A stretch of DNA of 50,057 nt, taken from NCBI GenBank assembly GCA_002493865.1, contig DLAC01000039.1:1-50057 (forward strand), in the 5' to 3' direction. The notes beneath the pieces are model-generated. The model saw only the letters and a list, made by a program, of their open reading frames with translations. It searched no databases and was not told where the DNA came from. Made by a program: the position numbers and the translations under genes. Shown piece by piece: positions 9,050 through 18,497 of the stretch (positions are counted from its first letter, which is position 1; the number at the start of each line of letters is the position of its first letter). Source of the stretch: Bacillales bacterium UBA7057. Its GTDB lineage: Bacteria > Bacillota_I > Bacilli_A > RF39 > UBA660.

Positions 9050-10867
9050 ATGGCGAAGAAAATAGAAGAGGAAAAAGCACAAAAGAAAAATAAAACAACA
9101 GAAAAGAAAATAACCCCTTCTAAGGGAAAAAAGACTTCTGCTTCAGTGAAAGAAGAACCAAAGAAAGCAGTTAAGAAGGCAAAACCTGTCGCTAAAAATT
9201 CATCTGTAACAAAAACGAAAACTGACACGATAAAAAAAACTACTCCTAGAAAAAGAAAAAATGATGCCTCAACAAAAATCAAAGTGGCACCAAAAGTTAA
9301 AAAAACAGTGGATTCCAAAAAAGAAAGTGCCAAAAAAGAGGTTGTAGATACACAAAAAAAGAGTGCTTCTAAGAGTACAGTAGCTTCTAAAACAAAAGCC
9401 AAAGAAAAGGCTGTTAAAAAGTCGCAACAGGCCAATATTAATAAGAAGGAAACAAAAAGTAAGAAGAAGCAAGAAAAACTTTCTGAAAATAAGGACAAAA
9501 AAAATGTTAAAAAGATTAAAAAGGCAAGTAAGGAAAAGAAAAAAGCCATTTATATTAGTCCTAGTCAATTAGAGAAACAAAACAAAAGAAAATTTCCGTG
9601 GGAGTTTTTACTTGCGCTTGGTGTAGCCATATGTTTTGTTTGTGTTGGTGTGATGTATTATCAAAAACTTTATGGGAAAAGTGGAGAAGTGAATCGAACC
9701 AATTCTTATGATACTTTAAATGCAGTTGTATTAGATCAGACAGATATTGTTTCTGTAGGAAGTAGTAATTTTAAACATAGTGAGACGAATGAATATATTA
9801 AAGGTGCCACGAAGGCAAAGATTATGAAATTGGATACGTCTGGTAATTTGATATTTGAAAAGGTATATGATTCAAAAAGATCCTCTTCTTTTACTTCTTT
9901 ATTAGTAGTACCAGATGGCTATGTAGTTGTTGGATATATGATGGGGGATCAAGAAAATCGTGGTGGAAAGCAATTAGGACTCATTGCCAAGTATGATAAA
10001 AATGGAGAACTTCTTTGGGAAAAAGTATATGAATCTTCTGGTAATGTCCAATTTTCAAAGATACAGGCAGTGGAAGATGGATATATTGTTGTTGGAAATA
10101 GTGCCGTTAATGAACCGAAGGAAGATACTGTTGATGGTGGTGCATTGATTTTCAAATATGATTTTGAAGGAAATATTCTTTGGCAAAGGTTCTATGGAAA
10201 TCAAACGAAAGCGCGGTTTAATAGCTTTACGATTGCTGATTCTGTTATTTATGCTGTTGGAAAAAATGAGGATGATTTAGGTGTTTTAGTACGGTGTTCC
10301 ATGGATGGAAATATTGAATGGGACAAAACCTATACCTATACTGATGAAGCGGGCTTTTCTGATATTGCTCAAAAAAATCAAGCATTATTTGTTGTAGGAT
10401 CCAAAAAAATACTTCCAAATTCGATTGAGAATGAGGAACGTAAAACTAGTAATACAGATGCCATGTTATTGAAATATAGTTTAGCTGGTGACATAGAATT
10501 TGAAAAGGTATTTGGAGGAAGTAATCAAGATGGCTATGTTTCTCTCACAATTAATAGAAACTCCTTATTTGTAGTGGGTTATAGTAATTCACTAGATTCT
10601 GGGCTGAAAATATTTACAGATGGAAAAAAGAAAACGGGTATTTTGATTAAATATGATATTGATGGCGATATTGAAAGAAAAGCTATCTTTGGTGGAAGCA
10701 ATAATGATACTATGACTTCTATCATTACAGATAATAGTAATATTTATATGACTGCTGTATCTAATAGTAAGGATGGAAATATTTTAACGGAATTTGATAA
10801 TGGAAAAGATTCCTTTGGAAAATTAATTAAAGTAAATCCTAGACTTCGTACTTTATTCGTAAAGTAG
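9050..10867 (+). CDS. Membrane protein with Lys-rich N-terminal tail, one TM helix and beta-propeller-like repeat domain
   Basis: About 175 aa K/S/T/A-rich, TM FLLALGVAICFVCVGVMYY, repeats of type KYDKNGELLWEKVY / KYDFEGNILWQRFYG / KYSLAGDIEFEKVFGGS. Confidence 0.7.
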   Translation: MAKKIEEEKAQKKNKTTEKKITPSKGKKTSASVKEEPKKAVKKAKPVAKNSSVTKTKTDTIKKTTPRKRKNDASTKIKVAPKVKKTVDSKKESAKKEVVDTQKKSASKSTVASKTKAKEKAVKKSQQANINKKETKSKKKQEKLSENKDKKNVKKIKKASKEKKKAIYISPSQLEKQNKRKFPWEFLLALGVAICFVCVGVMYYQKLYGKSGEVNRTNSYDTLNAVVLDQTDIVSVGSSNFKHSETNEYIKGATKAKIMKLDTSGNLIFEKVYDSKRSSSFTSLLVVPDGYVVVGYMMGDQENRGGKQLGLIAKYDKNGELLWEKVYESSGNVQFSKIQAVEDGYIVVGNSAVNEPKEDTVDGGALIFKYDFEGNILWQRFYGNQTKARFNSFTIADSVIYAVGKNEDDLGVLVRCSMDGNIEWDKTYTYTDEAGFSDIAQKNQALFVVGSKKILPNSIENEERKTSNTDAMLLKYSLAGDIEFEKVFGGSNQDGYVSLTINRNSLFVVGYSNSLDSGLKIFTDGKKKTGILIKYDIDGDIERKAIFGGSNNDTMTSIITDNSNIYMTAVSNSKDGNILTEFDNGKDSFGKLIKVNPRLRTLFVK

Positions 10868-10975
10868 GAAGTTTTTTTTAACTTTTTTTTAAATTTTTAT
10901 TTCTTTTGTTCTCAAGTAATTTAGGGCTTAAAGCCAACTTTTTTAATTTTCTTTTTAATTTTTTGTTAAAAAGTG

Positions 10976-11004
10976 TTGACTTTTTCCAATCTTATTAATA
11001 TAAT
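10976..11004 (+). promoter_or_regulatory. Sigma-A promoter of first NAD operon
   Basis: TTGACT-17 nt-TATAAT. Confidence 0.8.
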
Positions 11005-11070
11005 GTTAATAACAGATGAGAAAAAGTCTGTAATATTTTAAATAATGTTATTAATAAATTAATAATAACA
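10990..11070. promoter_or_regulatory. Tandem 25-bp palindromic operators (candidate NrtR boxes)
   Basis: TCTTATTAATATAATGTTAATAACA (10990-11014, over the -10) and TGTTATTAATAAATTAATAATAACA (11046-11070). Confidence 0.65.
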
Positions 11071-11086
11071 TAAGAGGGGGATTATT

Positions 11087-11479
11087 ATGGAAATTAAATT
11101 TTCAAAAGAACAGGCTGAAAAAATTATTCAAGCTTATTATCAAATTCATGAAAGTAAAGGGGTTCAAGTAAGTTCTAAAGCAACAAGTGGTTGTGAGGGA
11201 ATTTATGAAATACCTTGTACCGATGTTACTTTTATGGTGAGTGGTACTGAAACTTTATTTGGAGAGAGTATTCCAGTGAATGAGACATTAACCAAAAAAC
11301 AAGTGGAAGGAATTTTAACTACGATGTTATCAGAAGAAGGATATAGCGTTGAAAGTATTTCCTATGATGCTGGAACGACCACAGGAGATTTCTTTGATCG
11401 AGGCACTAGGACTTACTTTCATGGTATTAATGTTCAGGCTACTAAAAAGGTAGACCAAAAAGTAAAAAAGATTGGTTAA
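11087..11479 (+). CDS. Hypothetical protein heading the NAD salvage operon
   Basis: GAGGGGG RBS, 130-aa ORF. Confidence 0.75.
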   Translation: MEIKFSKEQAEKIIQAYYQIHESKGVQVSSKATSGCEGIYEIPCTDVTFMVSGTETLFGESIPVNETLTKKQVEGILTTMLSEEGYSVESISYDAGTTTGDFFDRGTRTYFHGINVQATKKVDQKVKKIG

Positions 11480-11518
11480 TACAGATTTTTGAAAAATAGA
11501 CTTTATTTTTTTAAAATG

Positions 11519-11543
11519 TGTTATTAATAAAATGTTAAGAAGA
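11519..11543. promoter_or_regulatory. Palindromic operator copy upstream of pncA
   Basis: TGTTATTAATAAAATGTTAAGAAGA; TAGACT -35-like hexamer just upstream. Confidence 0.55.
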
Positions 11544-11558
11544 AAAAGGAGAAAGATT

Positions 11559-12212
11559 ATGGAAAAGAAGGAAAAAGAAAAATTATTAATCAAAAATCTA
11601 TCAGTTTATGAGGAAGCATTCATCATCGTTGATATGGTAAATGGCTTTGCGAGAGAAGGTGTTTTGGCATCTCCATTGGTAGAAAAAATCATTCCGAATG
11701 TCGTTTCTTATGTAGAACAGGCAAAGAAGGATGGAAGTTTACTAATCTTTATTAAAGATACACATGATCAAGATGCTGTAGAATTTCAAAGATTTGGAGG
11801 TGAACCTCATTGTCTTCGCGGTACGCAGGAAGCAGAACTTGTCGATGAATTACGTGCCTTTGAGGAGTATGGAATTTCTTTTGAAAAAAATTCAACAAGT
11901 TTTATGTTTTCAAAAAATCCAAACTTTAAGTACGGTTTTATGGAAATGCTAGATCAATTAACTCATTTAAAGAAAGTAAAAATCTGTGGATGTTGTACAG
12001 ATATCTGTGACATCAATGGGACTTTACCTATGATGAATTATTTTGATCAGAATAACCGGACTATGGAAGTAGAACTACTAGAAGATGCAATGGCTACTTA
12101 TGATGCACCTTGGCATAATGCGGAAGAATATGAAAAAGCAGCCTACCTGTTAATGGAACAACAGGGAGCTAAAAAAGTAAAGAAATTAGGAGGAGAATCA
12201 AATGAAAGATAA
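11559..12212 (+). CDS. pncA: Nicotinamidase (isochorismatase-family cysteine hydrolase)
   Basis: IIVDMVNGF, KDTH, PHCLRGT, EKNST, GCCTDIC (Asp-Lys-Cys triad); overlaps pncB start. Confidence 0.85.
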   Translation: MEKKEKEKLLIKNLSVYEEAFIIVDMVNGFAREGVLASPLVEKIIPNVVSYVEQAKKDGSLLIFIKDTHDQDAVEFQRFGGEPHCLRGTQEAELVDELRAFEEYGISFEKNSTSFMFSKNPNFKYGFMEMLDQLTHLKKVKICGCCTDICDINGTLPMMNYFDQNNRTMEVELLEDAMATYDAPWHNAEEYEKAAYLLMEQQGAKKVKKLGGESNER

Positions 12213-13692
12213 TCAAACTTTAATGACGGATCTTTATGAACTTACAATGTCAGATATTTACTATAATGGAGGAATGAAGGATTGGACTGGATATTTTGAC
12301 TTATTCCATCGAAGAAATGTATTTCATGGGGGATATCAAATATCAGCAGGACTTGAAGAAGCGATTGAGTATATTAAAAACTTTCATTTTAGTGAAGAAG
12401 ATATTGAATATTTAAGAAATACAGGAAAATTCAATGAAAACTTTTTAGAGTACTTAAAAAATCTTAAATTTACTGGAAATGTATGGGCAGTACCGGATGG
12501 AACACCAATATTTCCTAATGAACCGAATATGACCATCGAAGCACCTATCATCGAAGGACAGATTTTAGAAACGGCTTTACTTACAGCATTCAATAGTGCT
12601 TCTTTAGCATCTACTGCTGCGAAAAGGATTACTGAAGTCGCAGGAAATCGTCCTGTTGCTGAATTTGGAGCACGTCGTGTGCGCGGAGGACTGGATGCAA
12701 CCCTTGTCGAAAGCAAATATGCCTATATGGGTGGATGTAGCGCAACGAGTAATACCCTTGCTGGAAAACTATACGATATCCCAGTAACAGGTACCATTGC
12801 CCATGCCTTAGTTCAAGCATTTGATGATGAATATGAAGCTTTTTTAACTTATGCCAAAGAAGCACCAGATAAAAATAAATTAACATTACTTGTCGATACA
12901 TATGATACCATTGGAGGAATTCTAAATGCCATTCGTTTACAAAAAGAATACTTAGATCCTCTTGGATGTAAGTTATCAGGAATTAGAATTGATAGTGGGG
13001 ACTTAGTTTATTTAACGAAGGAAGCAAGAAGGATGTTCAGGGAGGCTGGAATGGATTACGTTCAGATTTGTGTATCTAACGGATTAGATGTCGACTCTTT
13101 ACAAGATCTTTTAAATCGTGGGGCTGAGATCGATACGCTTGGAATTGGAGACAACATTGTAGCACCTCGTGAAAGAGCAGATCATGTTTATAAATTAGTG
13201 GCTGTTCAAAAAGAGAAGGGTGAAAGAATTACTTCTAGAATTAAAGTCAGTGGAGAAACCGCAAAAACAATTAATCCTGGATTTAAAAAAGTAGTTCGTT
13301 TTTATGACAAAGATACGAAGGAAGTATTAGGAGATGCGATTTGTTTAAGAGATGAAACAATTGACGAAGAACATTATACTTTGGTGGATCATAATAATAC
13401 ATGGAAGAAAACAGAACTTACCAATTATACTGTTCGCAATTTACAAGTACCTATTTTCGTAAATGGGGAACTCGTTTATGAAGTGCCATCCCTAAAACTT
13501 AGAAGAGACTATACAAATGAGGAGTACCAAACTCTAACAGAACGTATTACAGATCCAATGAATCCACATACTTATTATGTAGATTTAAGTGAAGACCTAA
13601 GAAACCTAAAAGAAGAAATGTTACATAAGGCTACCTTAGAAGTAGAAAAAAGAAAAAAGGTATATCAAAAATCTTTAGGAGAAAGAAAATAA
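12202..13692 (+). CDS. pncB: Nicotinate phosphoribosyltransferase
   Basis: TDLYELTM, EFGARR, GTIAHA, LVDTYD, RIDSGD, SNGLD, YKLV. Confidence 0.95.
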   Translation: MKDNQTLMTDLYELTMSDIYYNGGMKDWTGYFDLFHRRNVFHGGYQISAGLEEAIEYIKNFHFSEEDIEYLRNTGKFNENFLEYLKNLKFTGNVWAVPDGTPIFPNEPNMTIEAPIIEGQILETALLTAFNSASLASTAAKRITEVAGNRPVAEFGARRVRGGLDATLVESKYAYMGGCSATSNTLAGKLYDIPVTGTIAHALVQAFDDEYEAFLTYAKEAPDKNKLTLLVDTYDTIGGILNAIRLQKEYLDPLGCKLSGIRIDSGDLVYLTKEARRMFREAGMDYVQICVSNGLDVDSLQDLLNRGAEIDTLGIGDNIVAPRERADHVYKLVAVQKEKGERITSRIKVSGETAKTINPGFKKVVRFYDKDTKEVLGDAICLRDETIDEEHYTLVDHNNTWKKTELTNYTVRNLQVPIFVNGELVYEVPSLKLRRDYTNEEYQTLTERITDPMNPHTYYVDLSEDLRNLKEEMLHKATLEVEKRKKVYQKSLGERK

Positions 13693-14300
13693 TGCGAGCT
13701 GAAAAATGGAAGGAGTTAAAAAGTTATATTGAGGAGTTAAAAACGGTTTCCGTAAAACCTGCTCTTACTGGCTTCTTATCTACTACGGGTGCTTACTATC
13801 ATTTAAGTAATGGAAGCACTATTTATCGAGAAAAAATAGAGAGAGACGAACAACATGCTGGCCTTGTTTTTCCTAGTGAGGATCATGCCATCGTTGTTCT
13901 TCCTATCACTCAAAGTGGAAAATGTATTCTTACCGTAGAGCCTAAAATATATATGGAAAGAACTGTGAATATTGGGTTTTTAATTGGATATTTCAATGAT
14001 GAGGAGCACTATTTAGATGTAGCTAGACGCAAACTTTTGGAGGATGTAGGATATCAAGAATCTCATTTAGAATGTTTAGGCGAATTTTATCAGGATGAAG
14101 GATATAGTGCGGTCTACAATTATGGAATTTTGGCAACTGGTTGTCGTCCTATCAAGAATCAGAGAACAGATACAAATCAACTGATCCGTTATTTCCTTTG
14201 CGATTTTGAAGATGTAGAAGAACTCATTGATAAAAAATATATCTTGGGTGCCAATAGTCAACTCATTTATGAAAAAGCTAGAAGATTATTGAAGAAATAA
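13692..14300 (+). CDS. Nudix-fold protein (ADP-ribose pyrophosphatase-like) with degenerate Nudix box
   Basis: GYFNDEEHYLDVARRKLLEDVGY versus GX5EX7REUXEEXGU; LGEFYQDEG; TAATG overlap with pncB. Confidence 0.7.
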   Translation: MRAEKWKELKSYIEELKTVSVKPALTGFLSTTGAYYHLSNGSTIYREKIERDEQHAGLVFPSEDHAIVVLPITQSGKCILTVEPKIYMERTVNIGFLIGYFNDEEHYLDVARRKLLEDVGYQESHLECLGEFYQDEGYSAVYNYGILATGCRPIKNQRTDTNQLIRYFLCDFEDVEELIDKKYILGANSQLIYEKARRLLKK

Positions 14301-14329
14301 TGTGTTATACTAAATAAAAGGAGGATATT

Positions 14330-16255
14330 ATGAAAGAGTATGGTTTTATTAGAGTTGGAGCAGCAGTTCCTGAACTCAAAGTCGCAAATCCTAAGTTTAA
14401 TGTAGAAGAAATGTGTTTATTGATGGATGATGCGGCTAAGAAGGAAATTGGAGTTTTAGTTTTTCCGGAACTTTCGATTACTGGTTATACTTGTGCAGAT
14501 TTATTTATGCAGGATCGTTTATTAAAAGAAGCACTGATTGGTCTTGAAAAAATAAAAGAAAAAACAAAAAAAGTACCTTTGGTAGTAATTACTGGTGCTC
14601 CTTTAAAAATGGGAAATCAATTATATAATTGTGCAGTATTACTACAAAATGGTCACATTTTGGGAGTTGTCCCTAAAACATATATTCCTAATTATAACGA
14701 ATTTTATGAAAAACGTTGGTTTGCTTCGAGTGAGGATCTATTAGAAACAGAGATTACTTTATTTGGAGAAACTGTACCAATCGGAACGGATCTTATTTTT
14801 GAAGATCAGGAATTAAAAGAAGCAACAATCGGTGTTGAAATCTGTGAAGATTTATGGAGTATTGTGCCACCAAGTACAGATCTTGCTTTAAATGGTGCGA
14901 CCCTGTTATTTAATCTTTCTAGTAGTAATGAAATTATTGGGAAATATGAATATCGTAAAAATTTAGTGAAGAATCATTCTGCGAAATTGATTAGTGGATA
15001 TATTTATACTTCTAGTGGAGTCAATGAGTCTACGACCGATGTTGTATTTTCTGGAGAAGCGATGATTAGTGAGAATGGAAGTATTTTAAAGGAAAATGAA
15101 CGTTTTCAATTTGAAAGTAATATAATTTATCAAGATATCGATGTATTAAAACTTCATAATATGAGAATTAAAGATATCAGTTATATGGGAATCAAGCCAA
15201 GAAAGGGAGTACGAAGAATTCAAGTTCAGATTCCTGATACTAAAACGTTAGAAAGAAAGATTTCTAAAAATCCATTTGTTCCTAGTAATTTAGAGTATCG
15301 AAATGAACGTTGTAGTGAGATTTTCCGTATTCAAGCATCAGGGTTAGCCAAAAGACTTCGTCATATTGGATGTAAGAAAACTGTAATTGGGATTTCTGGA
15401 GGACTGGATTCAACCCTTGCTTTTCTAGTTATTACTGAAGCCTATCGTATGCTTGGAATCTCTTATGATAATATTATCGCTGTTACGATGCCCGGTTTTG
15501 GAACCACTTCTAGAACTCTAAATAACTCTATTTCTCTAATGGAAAAATATGGAGTTACGATTCGTGAAATTCCAATTGTAGATGCCTCTCTTTTACATAT
15601 GAAGGATATCGGTCATGATAAAGATGTTCATGATGTTACGTATGAAAATGTACAGGCAAGGGAGAGAACACAAATTTTAATGGATATTGCCAATCGTGAA
15701 GGCGGACTTGTCATTGGTACTGGGGATTTATCAGAACTAGCCCTTGGATGGTGTACTTATAATGGAGATCATATGAGTATGTATGCAGTCAATACATCAA
15801 TTCCTAAAACACTAGTAAAATACCTAGTGCGTTATGTAGCGGATACGAATCCAGATGTAAAACAAGTACTTTATGATATTTTAGATACCCCAATTTCTCC
15901 CGAATTACTTCCTCCAACAAAGGATGGTAAAATCAAACAAAAGACAGAAGATAAAATTGGTCCTTATGAACTTCATGATTTCTTCTTGTATCACTTTTTC
16001 CGCTATGGTGCAGAGCCTAAAAAGATACTATTTATGGCAAATCAGGTTTTTGATGGAGAATATTCTCTTGATGAAATTAAGAAATGGTTGATTGTATTTT
16101 TAAAGAGATTTTTCTCTCAACAATTTAAAAGAAGCTGTCTACCAGATGGTCCAAAGGTTGGTACAATTAGTTTATCTCCTAGAGGGGACCTTCGTATGCC
16201 AAGTGATGCAGATGTAGAAGTTTGGATTCGTGAATTAGAAGATGAAAATAAGTAA
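14330..16255 (+). CDS. nadE: Glutamine-dependent NAD+ synthetase
   Basis: Nitrilase domain FPELSITGY / PKTYIPNYNEFYEKRWF / EICEDLW; synthetase GISGGLDST, ENVQARER, TGDLSE, SQQFKRS. Confidence 0.97.
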   Translation: MKEYGFIRVGAAVPELKVANPKFNVEEMCLLMDDAAKKEIGVLVFPELSITGYTCADLFMQDRLLKEALIGLEKIKEKTKKVPLVVITGAPLKMGNQLYNCAVLLQNGHILGVVPKTYIPNYNEFYEKRWFASSEDLLETEITLFGETVPIGTDLIFEDQELKEATIGVEICEDLWSIVPPSTDLALNGATLLFNLSSSNEIIGKYEYRKNLVKNHSAKLISGYIYTSSGVNESTTDVVFSGEAMISENGSILKENERFQFESNIIYQDIDVLKLHNMRIKDISYMGIKPRKGVRRIQVQIPDTKTLERKISKNPFVPSNLEYRNERCSEIFRIQASGLAKRLRHIGCKKTVIGISGGLDSTLAFLVITEAYRMLGISYDNIIAVTMPGFGTTSRTLNNSISLMEKYGVTIREIPIVDASLLHMKDIGHDKDVHDVTYENVQARERTQILMDIANREGGLVIGTGDLSELALGWCTYNGDHMSMYAVNTSIPKTLVKYLVRYVADTNPDVKQVLYDILDTPISPELLPPTKDGKIKQKTEDKIGPYELHDFFLYHFFRYGAEPKKILFMANQVFDGEYSLDEIKKWLIVFLKRFFSQQFKRSCLPDGPKVGTISLSPRGDLRMPSDADVEVWIRELEDENK

Positions 16256-17670
16256 ATAAAAAAACAGAGATATTTTTTGGATATTTTCTGTTTTTTTGTG
16301 CTTATTTTTAAATTCTTATGGTAAAATACTAGGTACTAAGGAGGTTCTGATATGAAAGAAATGCATTCAAACGACGAAGATTGTCGACAATTAGGAATCA
16401 AATTAAAAAAAGCATTAGGGGATAAAGTAGTGATGAAACATGGTTATGGTGTAATCGATGGAGAGTATCATAGTTTTCCTTGTTTGATGTATGAAACCAT
16501 TGAAGCACATATTCAGGATCAACTTCGTTTTTATTGTAAATTTTGTAGAGATGAATTTCTTGAAATTGTAATTGAAGATTCTCGCTCTATAGCAAGCGAT
16601 GGTCATAAACTTGCGGCATTCAGTGATTTTTATGAGGTATTATTTGATGAATTTGGAGAACCTACTGTATTTTATACTTTAAAAGATGCTGTAAATAGGG
16701 GATACCATTTTCGATGGGCTTTCACCCATAAGGAAGAGACAATTGAAGAATTTATGCATGGATTCCCATTTTTTGGTGCTGAAGTAGCTCAAGCAATTGT
16801 CATAGGAGAAAGTAATCAAATTAATGAACAGACAAGAAATTTGTTTTCGCATCAGATGGGTTTTCCGATTGAAATGCTTCCTTTCATTAATGCAAATATT
16901 GAAGACTATATGAAATATAAAAAAGGTAATGAGGAAGAAATTAGTTTGCCAGCAAAGGTTTACGAAATGAGAAAATTGGGATTAAATTCGTGAATTAGAA
17001 AATGAAAGCAGGTAAATATGAAAATAGAGATATTTTTAAGGGATTTTCTGTTTTTTGTTGGACTTTTAAATTTTTATGGTAGAATATTAAGTACTGAGGA
17101 GGATTTGGTATGAAAGAAATATATTCAAAGGAAGAAGACTGCCAAGAGTTAAAGACTAAATTATATGAGGCATTCGGACAAAGAGTAGCGATGAGGGGTT
17201 ATGAAATTGTAGAGGGAGAGTATCACAGTTTCCCTTGGTCTACATACGAAACCCATCAAGCATATAAGGAAGATCAAATTAGATTTTATTATAAGTTTCG
17301 TAAAAATGGATTTCTTAGAATTGATGTTGAAAATGGTGGATTTCCAGTAAGTAACGGTCACAAACTTGCAGTACTGAGTGATTTTTATGAAGCTCTACTA
17401 GATGAGTTTGGAGAACCTACTGTATTTTATACTTTAAAGAATGATCAAGAAGGGGGATTACATTTTCAATGGGCTTTCATTCAAAAGGAAGAGACAATTG
17501 AAGAGTTTACGCATGGCTTCCCATTTGATGATGAGGAAGTGGATCAAGCAATTGTTATTGGAAGAGATACAAGTTTAAATCAGGAAACAAGAAATTTGTT
17601 TTCGCATCAGATGGGCTTTCCGATTGAACTGCTTCCTTTCATCAATGAAAATATTGAAGACTATATGAAA
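16226..17670 (+). repeat. Tandem duplication of about 760 bp (nadE 3' end, intergenic region and gene)
   Basis: ATTCGTGAATTAGAAGATGAAA...GTACTAAGGAGG (from 16226) recurs as ATTCGTGAATTAGAAAATGAAA...GTACTGAGGAGG (from 16986); homology continues through both ORFs. Confidence 0.85.
16352..16993 (+). CDS. Hypothetical protein, tandem paralog 1
   Basis: AAGGAGG RBS; shares GEYHSFP, DGHKLA, DEFGEPTVFYTLK, TRNLFSHQMGFPIE with 17110 ORF. Confidence 0.8.
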   Translation: MKEMHSNDEDCRQLGIKLKKALGDKVVMKHGYGVIDGEYHSFPCLMYETIEAHIQDQLRFYCKFCRDEFLEIVIEDSRSIASDGHKLAAFSDFYEVLFDEFGEPTVFYTLKDAVNRGYHFRWAFTHKEETIEEFMHGFPFFGAEVAQAIVIGESNQINEQTRNLFSHQMGFPIEMLPFINANIEDYMKYKKGNEEEISLPAKVYEMRKLGLNS

Positions 17671-17742
17671 TATAAATATGGTCCAGCGAAAAGTAATGAG
17701 AAGAAAAATAGTTCTTCTGGATATCAGAAAACTATTTCATAA
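17110..17742 (+). CDS. Hypothetical protein, tandem paralog 2
   Basis: GAGGAGG RBS; paralog of 16352 ORF. Confidence 0.8.
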   Translation: MKEIYSKEEDCQELKTKLYEAFGQRVAMRGYEIVEGEYHSFPWSTYETHQAYKEDQIRFYYKFRKNGFLRIDVENGGFPVSNGHKLAVLSDFYEALLDEFGEPTVFYTLKNDQEGGLHFQWAFIQKEETIEEFTHGFPFDDEEVDQAIVIGRDTSLNQETRNLFSHQMGFPIELLPFINENIEDYMKYKYGPAKSNEKKNSSSGYQKTIS

Positions 17743-17798
17743 TAGGAAAACTAAAAAACAGGAATATCTAGTAAAATTAGATTCCTGTTTTTTCATGA

Positions 17799-18317
17799 TC
17801 AATCGTAATTGTCACCAAATCGTAGACCTTTTTGCCATATACTTTCTTTTGGAATTTCTTTGATTGCAAGTGGATTAAATACTAAGGATACTCCTTCTTG
17901 ACTAAAGTTTATGATTCCTCTCGCAAAATAGGTTGGAGTAGAACTTCCATTATCTTTTTCTTCCAGTATCGCAATTGGATAATTCCATTCACTATGCCCC
18001 ATTTCCTTATACTTTTCCATCATATGAGCCGCTCTTCTTTGTAGATAACTGAATTGATTTTGTCTTACCATTGAGCATTTTCCAAAGTCATTATACTTCA
18101 TCATTTTTTCTACATTGATATTATCCCAGTCTACTCCTTGAATCATTTTTGTTTCAGGATCTTCTATTAAAATATCAAAAAGATGTCTTGGGTGACAAAG
18201 ATAAATCACATCTCCATCGATTCTAATTGATAACATTGCCTTTAGTTTGTCATCGTCAAACACTTGAGGCTCTACTAATGGCTCATAGGATAATACTTCT
18301 AAACTATCTCTATTCAT
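17799..18317 (-). CDS. Hypothetical protein
   Basis: AAGGAG RBS on minus strand; 172 aa; hairpin at about 17754-17793 between convergent genes. Confidence 0.7.
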   Translation of the reverse strand: MNRDSLEVLSYEPLVEPQVFDDDKLKAMLSIRIDGDVIYLCHPRHLFDILIEDPETKMIQGVDWDNINVEKMMKYNDFGKCSMVRQNQFSYLQRRAAHMMEKYKEMGHSEWNYPIAILEEKDNGSSTPTYFARGIINFSQEGVSLVFNPLAIKEIPKESIWQKGLRFGDNYD

Positions 18318-18497
18318 AACTGTTCTCCTTTTTCAATCTAAAGATTTAGTTTATTATAATTATTTTACTTTTCTTAGTCAATAATTTCTATCTAAATTCG
18401 ATTTTACTATTTTATTCACTCTTCTATCATTGCTTTTTTAAAAAATTTGTTTCATATATTTCCTTTTTCCTATATAATTAATAATAGAGGTGAAAAA

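Noticed and set aside
9025-9568. Antisense Phe/Leu-rich ORFs (174 and 99 aa)
   Set aside because: Shadow of the A-rich Lys tract on the plus strand; no RBS.
16226-17010. Repeated nadE 3' end as attL/attR of an integrated element
   Set aside because: Homology continues through the whole downstream gene and there is no integrase; tandem duplication fits better.
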